Source of the DNA: the human T2T-CHM13v2.0 reference genome, Homo sapiens
Direction: 5' to 3' (one strand)
Length of the DNA: 64,000 nt
NCBI RefSeq assembly: GCF_009914755.1
Contig: NC_060936.1
This document shows positions 59,601 through 64,000 of the stretch, piece after piece. The translations under genes were made by a program, and so were the position numbers. The notes below the pieces were generated by a model. It ran no database searches. It was not told where the DNA came from and saw nothing but the letters and a program-made list of their open reading frames with translations. Position 1 is the first letter of the stretch. Every line of letters begins with the position of its first letter.

Positions 59601-61799
59601 ATTTAGACAACAAAATTGTCCACAGCAAATTAAGACACAGAAGTCCGGGTCTTCATCACTAAACAAATCAGGTGCTCTTCTTCAGTGCACCAGATTATTC
59701 TGTTCTCATCGAGTTTTGACTTACCAACTTCTATTGTTCCTCTTCCATGTATACACTTTTTGATAGAATTAAGATTTCTCTGGTTTGAAGTCTAAGTTGA
59801 AATTCCCACTGGGCTGAAACATGGATACCATGACACTCCCTGCATTCCAATATCAAACATCCCTTTGGTAGCAAAGCTTGAGGTTTTCCTTTCTAACCGT
59901 TATTAAGTAGGTATGGAAGGATGTTGTTCTGGCCAATGGCCTTTTAAGAAGGTTGAACAAAGCTATTTCCTCTTACTTTTTAAAGGGGCACAGCAAGGAG
60001 TGTCTAATGTTTGTATGGGGTCTAAAATCTCAGAGTTTGGGATGGCCACCTAGTAAAAAGAACAGTAAACTCACACTTCTTGAGTACTCAGGTGCCAAGC
60101 ACCATGCTGGTGCTATCCTGTGTACTATGTCATTACATCCTTAGAATAACCTGGAAAGGAATCTTCACTCCCATTTTTACATAGGATTATGGTAACATCC
60201 AGAGATTAAATGTTATAGAGCGCACATCTGAGAGAGCTGACATTGGAACCTAGGTTTCATTCTAAACCATGGGGATTCTGGATTGCCCTGCTGGATTCTG
60301 TCCTCTTGGTGGTGGCTGTTTTGAACTACCTGTTTCTTCGACCACTTCGTGCTCCAGCTTTGCAACTTGAAGCATTAGCTACATTCATAATTACATAAAT
60401 AAACTGGGCAATCCATTTGGAAAAGAGCTTTATGTTCTCATTTTCCGGTAGTTATTGTTGTTTAATATTGGATCTATAACTTAAATGTGGAAGGTACTCC
60501 AGCAAAAATTCTGATTATTCTACAAAGTTTATGGCCCATGATGAGAGGCAAAAAATTGCAACATAAGGTGACCTCATCAACTCCTCCTTTTCCATTGGCA
60601 GGTTTTAGAAGTTCTCATGTATCCATGGGCATCATAGTTCTTGCCAGGAACTGAGTCCATTTTTCCTCTACTATCTCCTTTTTGTTTTCAGCTACCCATT
60701 CTTTTTCATGTGGGACACACAGATCTCTTGACTCTGGGATTTCATCTCCATATGGAACTATATTTTTAAGGCACGAATAGTTTCAATATATCTAATAGAA
60801 AGAGCTCTAGGTATACGGAAATATGAGAACAAAGAGATTATTGGCTGATATCAGAAATGATTGTAAAGAGACCTTCAAAACCCCGACCTGTCCACAGGAA
60901 ACCTGATTGTTGCAGAGGGAAAACAGAACCAGTATTTGGGTCTGAAATCAGACAATTAGAGGCCCTCAGGAAAGTATCTTTGGAGAATATTAACTCTTGA
61001 ATAAAAACACCAAATGACTTGGGGCACAGGTGCTGTTTTCTATCACTTAATACTACTGAGAATCTGGATTTGAGATGAAAGGGAAAGAGCTGGGAGATCG
61101 ATGACTGCCTGCCCAGGTGGTGTTGACAAACTGGATTTGGATTTGGGGCCCATTGGCTTAAAATCCTGGAATACTAGGTTCTTGGCCATGGGTGGTTTAC
61201 ATTTTGCATGCACAGAAAGAATGTGCCTGGGGAGAGGCTAGACTTTAGACTTTTAACTCAACATAGTGTGTTGTGGGGAGGAAAACAGTCAGATAAATCT
61301 GGGAACACAGTTGCCATAGAGCATGGCAGATAAAAACATGGAAAGAAGAAATTGAGTGGAAAAGTCACAAGTGAAAGTGATACTGAAACTGTCTTCAGTA
61401 TCAGTGCACATTGTATGGAAAATTCACAAGCGGAGATGGGATGATGATGCAGGCACCTGGTCCTCTGTTACTGATGCCTGAGGAAACTTCAAAGCAAGGG
61501 CATGCCCTATGTGGGGGAATAAAGCAGGAGGCCAGGAGGCTGACAGGCAGGAACAGGTTATGAAATTGGTCCCAGAGTGGTTTGCATTGATTACATTCAA
61601 GAAGGAAGCTGAGATCTTCTCCAGGTTGCCAGGGGTTATTGAGAACTGGCTAATGTATGAGAGTGGGAGGTGGTGAGTCGAGCGTGGCTTCTTAAAAGTC
61701 TCAGGACTGGGCCATAAACACATTATTGGGTTTAATTTCACACGTAGCAATAAAATTTTGGTGGAGAGAGGCTCAAGCACCAGGTGAAGGGGTTTCTTA

Positions 61800-62560
61800 T
61801 TGACTCATTTCTTTACTCTACAAATATGAATTGAGTGACTATTTTATTGGGGTGCAGAGGATAGAGCACTGATTGAGAGAGGCAAGAGCCTTTCAGCGAT
61901 GGAGCTCACTGAGAAATGGGAGAGGGAGAGACAAAATAGAAACAGAATAGCAATTTAAATACATAACATTTCATGTAGTGATATGTGCTGTGAAAAAAAG
62001 TGATAAGGTGGACTGACAGTGGAGGCAAGTGCAGTCAATCTTAGATGGGGAGGTTGTCAGGGCAGGCACCTCTGAGAAGGTGACATAGGAGGTGAGTTCC
62101 GAATTGTAAGATGAATCCACAGTGTTAAGGGATTGGGGGTTGGGGGGCGGGGGGCAGAAATTATCCAAGCAGAGGGAGCCACACATGATGGCACTGAGGG
62201 AGAACCCTACCTCCACTGTTTCAAATAGGAAGTAAGCCAGAGTGACGGGAGGGTGGTCAGTGAAAGGGAGGTGGGAAGAAATAAGGTTAGAAAGGTAGAC
62301 AGGGCCAGATGATGTGGAAACTTGAAAGTAACAGTGAGAGTTTGGATTTCTTTCTAAGTGCAACAGGAAGGCATTGGAAGGTTTTCAGCAGATGAGTGGC
62401 TTGAATTAAACTTATGCTTTGGAAAGATCATTTGCTGCATGTTGAATGGATTGTGCAAATGGGAAGATCGAAACAGGAGCACTAGTTAGGAGGTTGCTGA
62501 CAGTGGCACCAGCAGCTAGGATGGCAGGAATGTAGATGGAGATAACTAGGCAGAGTTTGG
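61800..62560 (-). mobile_element. L2 fragment
   Basis: Antisense L2 3' sequence, for example cattggaaggttttcagcag and ttagttaggagg-like ctagttaggaggttgct. Confidence 0.7.
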
Positions 62561-62574
62561 AATACACTTCCTCC

Positions 62575-62890
62575 ATTCACTCACATGCCTTAGTTCTCCA
62601 CCTGAGGTATGTCTCTACCTAAATGTCACCTTTTCAAAGAGACCTGTCCTGGCCACCCTATCTACAAAAGCAAACCCCACTCCACTCCACTGCCACTCCC
62701 TGCCCCCGATCATGCTCCAGCCTCTTATCCCAATTTATTCTCCTTCATGGTGCTTGTCATCTGATATTGTGTTACATGTTTACCTATTCATATATGTGGT
62801 CTGCATAACTCACTAAAATATATGCAACATGGAGCCTGGGGTTTTTCTCTTTACTTCTGTAATCCTAAGCACCTAGAATAGAAAGGCTAA
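62575..62890 (+). mobile_element. L2 3' fragment, sense orientation
   Basis: aaatgtcaccttttcaaagagacctgtcctggccacccta...ctaagcacctagaata. Confidence 0.65.
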
Positions 62891-62893
62891 GTG

Positions 62894-63283
<390 letters not shown>

Positions 63284-63329
63284 TCAGTTTCTGGTCTGAA
63301 CTAGTTTTCAGACACAGATCCCATTATAA

Positions 63330-64000
63330 GAAGGAGATGCTTTCCTGGGAGACAGGACACTGCAACACCACAGCAAACAGTTGGTAATGAGTCACGCAGT
63401 CCTTCCCAAAAGGGTCCTACCATCACTTACTCTGGTAGCCATGCACTGGAGAAAGGATTAACTAGGCATTGTGAGGATGGGAGAATGCTAATACAACTCA
63501 TTTAATGGGTGACATAGGCTTCCAGCTCTGAGACAGGCCCAGAGCAAGTAAGAGCTCTGTAGCAGGTCCAGACTGTGGTCCAGGCCACCCTGCTTTTTGG
63601 ACAATATGACCCAGCAGACTTTATAATATCAGAGACATCCATGGTAAGAAAAGCTGTCATGTGGTGTTTAAGGCAAGACTAGTAGGAGAATCACAATATA
63701 GACTCCAAGGGTTTTAGATCGAGGCCTACCATGTACAGCAGAGAATCATACACCTTTCAAAAGATAACAACTTGAATGCTACTCGCCCTTGGTAGAGATG
63801 AAATCCCTGACAATGGAACAGCAAGTGAACATGTGGTCAGAATTGCCCATGATCTGGTTCCTAACAGACTCACCAAGTCATAAAGTCAGGTGGATCAGCC
63901 ACAGTCCATTGTAAGATGGAAATAGCACATCCAGGATAGGTCACAAGCAAGGCCAGAAGGAACAAGGAAGCCACACAAGCAGGTGACTTGGACTCCCATG
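63330..64000 (+). mobile_element. Decayed ERVL/MaLR-type internal region (pol RT-connection/RNase H remnant), runs off the window
   Basis: From ~63518 reads ASSSETGPEQVRAL*QVQTVVQATLLFGQYDPAD, like ERVL pol GPEQEKALQQVQAAVQAALPLGPYDPAD; stops and frameshifts throughout. Confidence 0.75.

Overview
Primate (almost certainly human) genomic DNA. Bases 1-1251 are the last intron of sarcospan (SSPN). Bases 1252-1617 are its last coding exon, recognised from the protein. A ~3.7 kb 3' UTR follows to about 5320. The rest is intergenic and rich in transposons. It holds a 5'-inverted L1, about 10 Alu/FLAM copies, and MIR, L2, hAT (MER1A, MER33, MER5) and MaLR/ERVL LTR fragments. A nested block at 25.2-34.9 kb has an old L1M split by a full-length L1PA, which itself carries a solo LTR22 (HERV-K HML-5) and an Alu. 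A decayed ERVL-type internal region ends the window. I see no other intact protein gene, CRISPR array or prokaryote-type system. The best leads are a minus-strand TATA promoter with splice donors at ~42.4 kb plus candidate exons leading back into SSPN (a possible antisense transcript, perhaps already annotated), a 66-nt hairpin in the SSPN 3' UTR, and several motif-dense enhancer candidates. Repeat subfamily names come from recalled consensus sequences; many boundaries are approximate.
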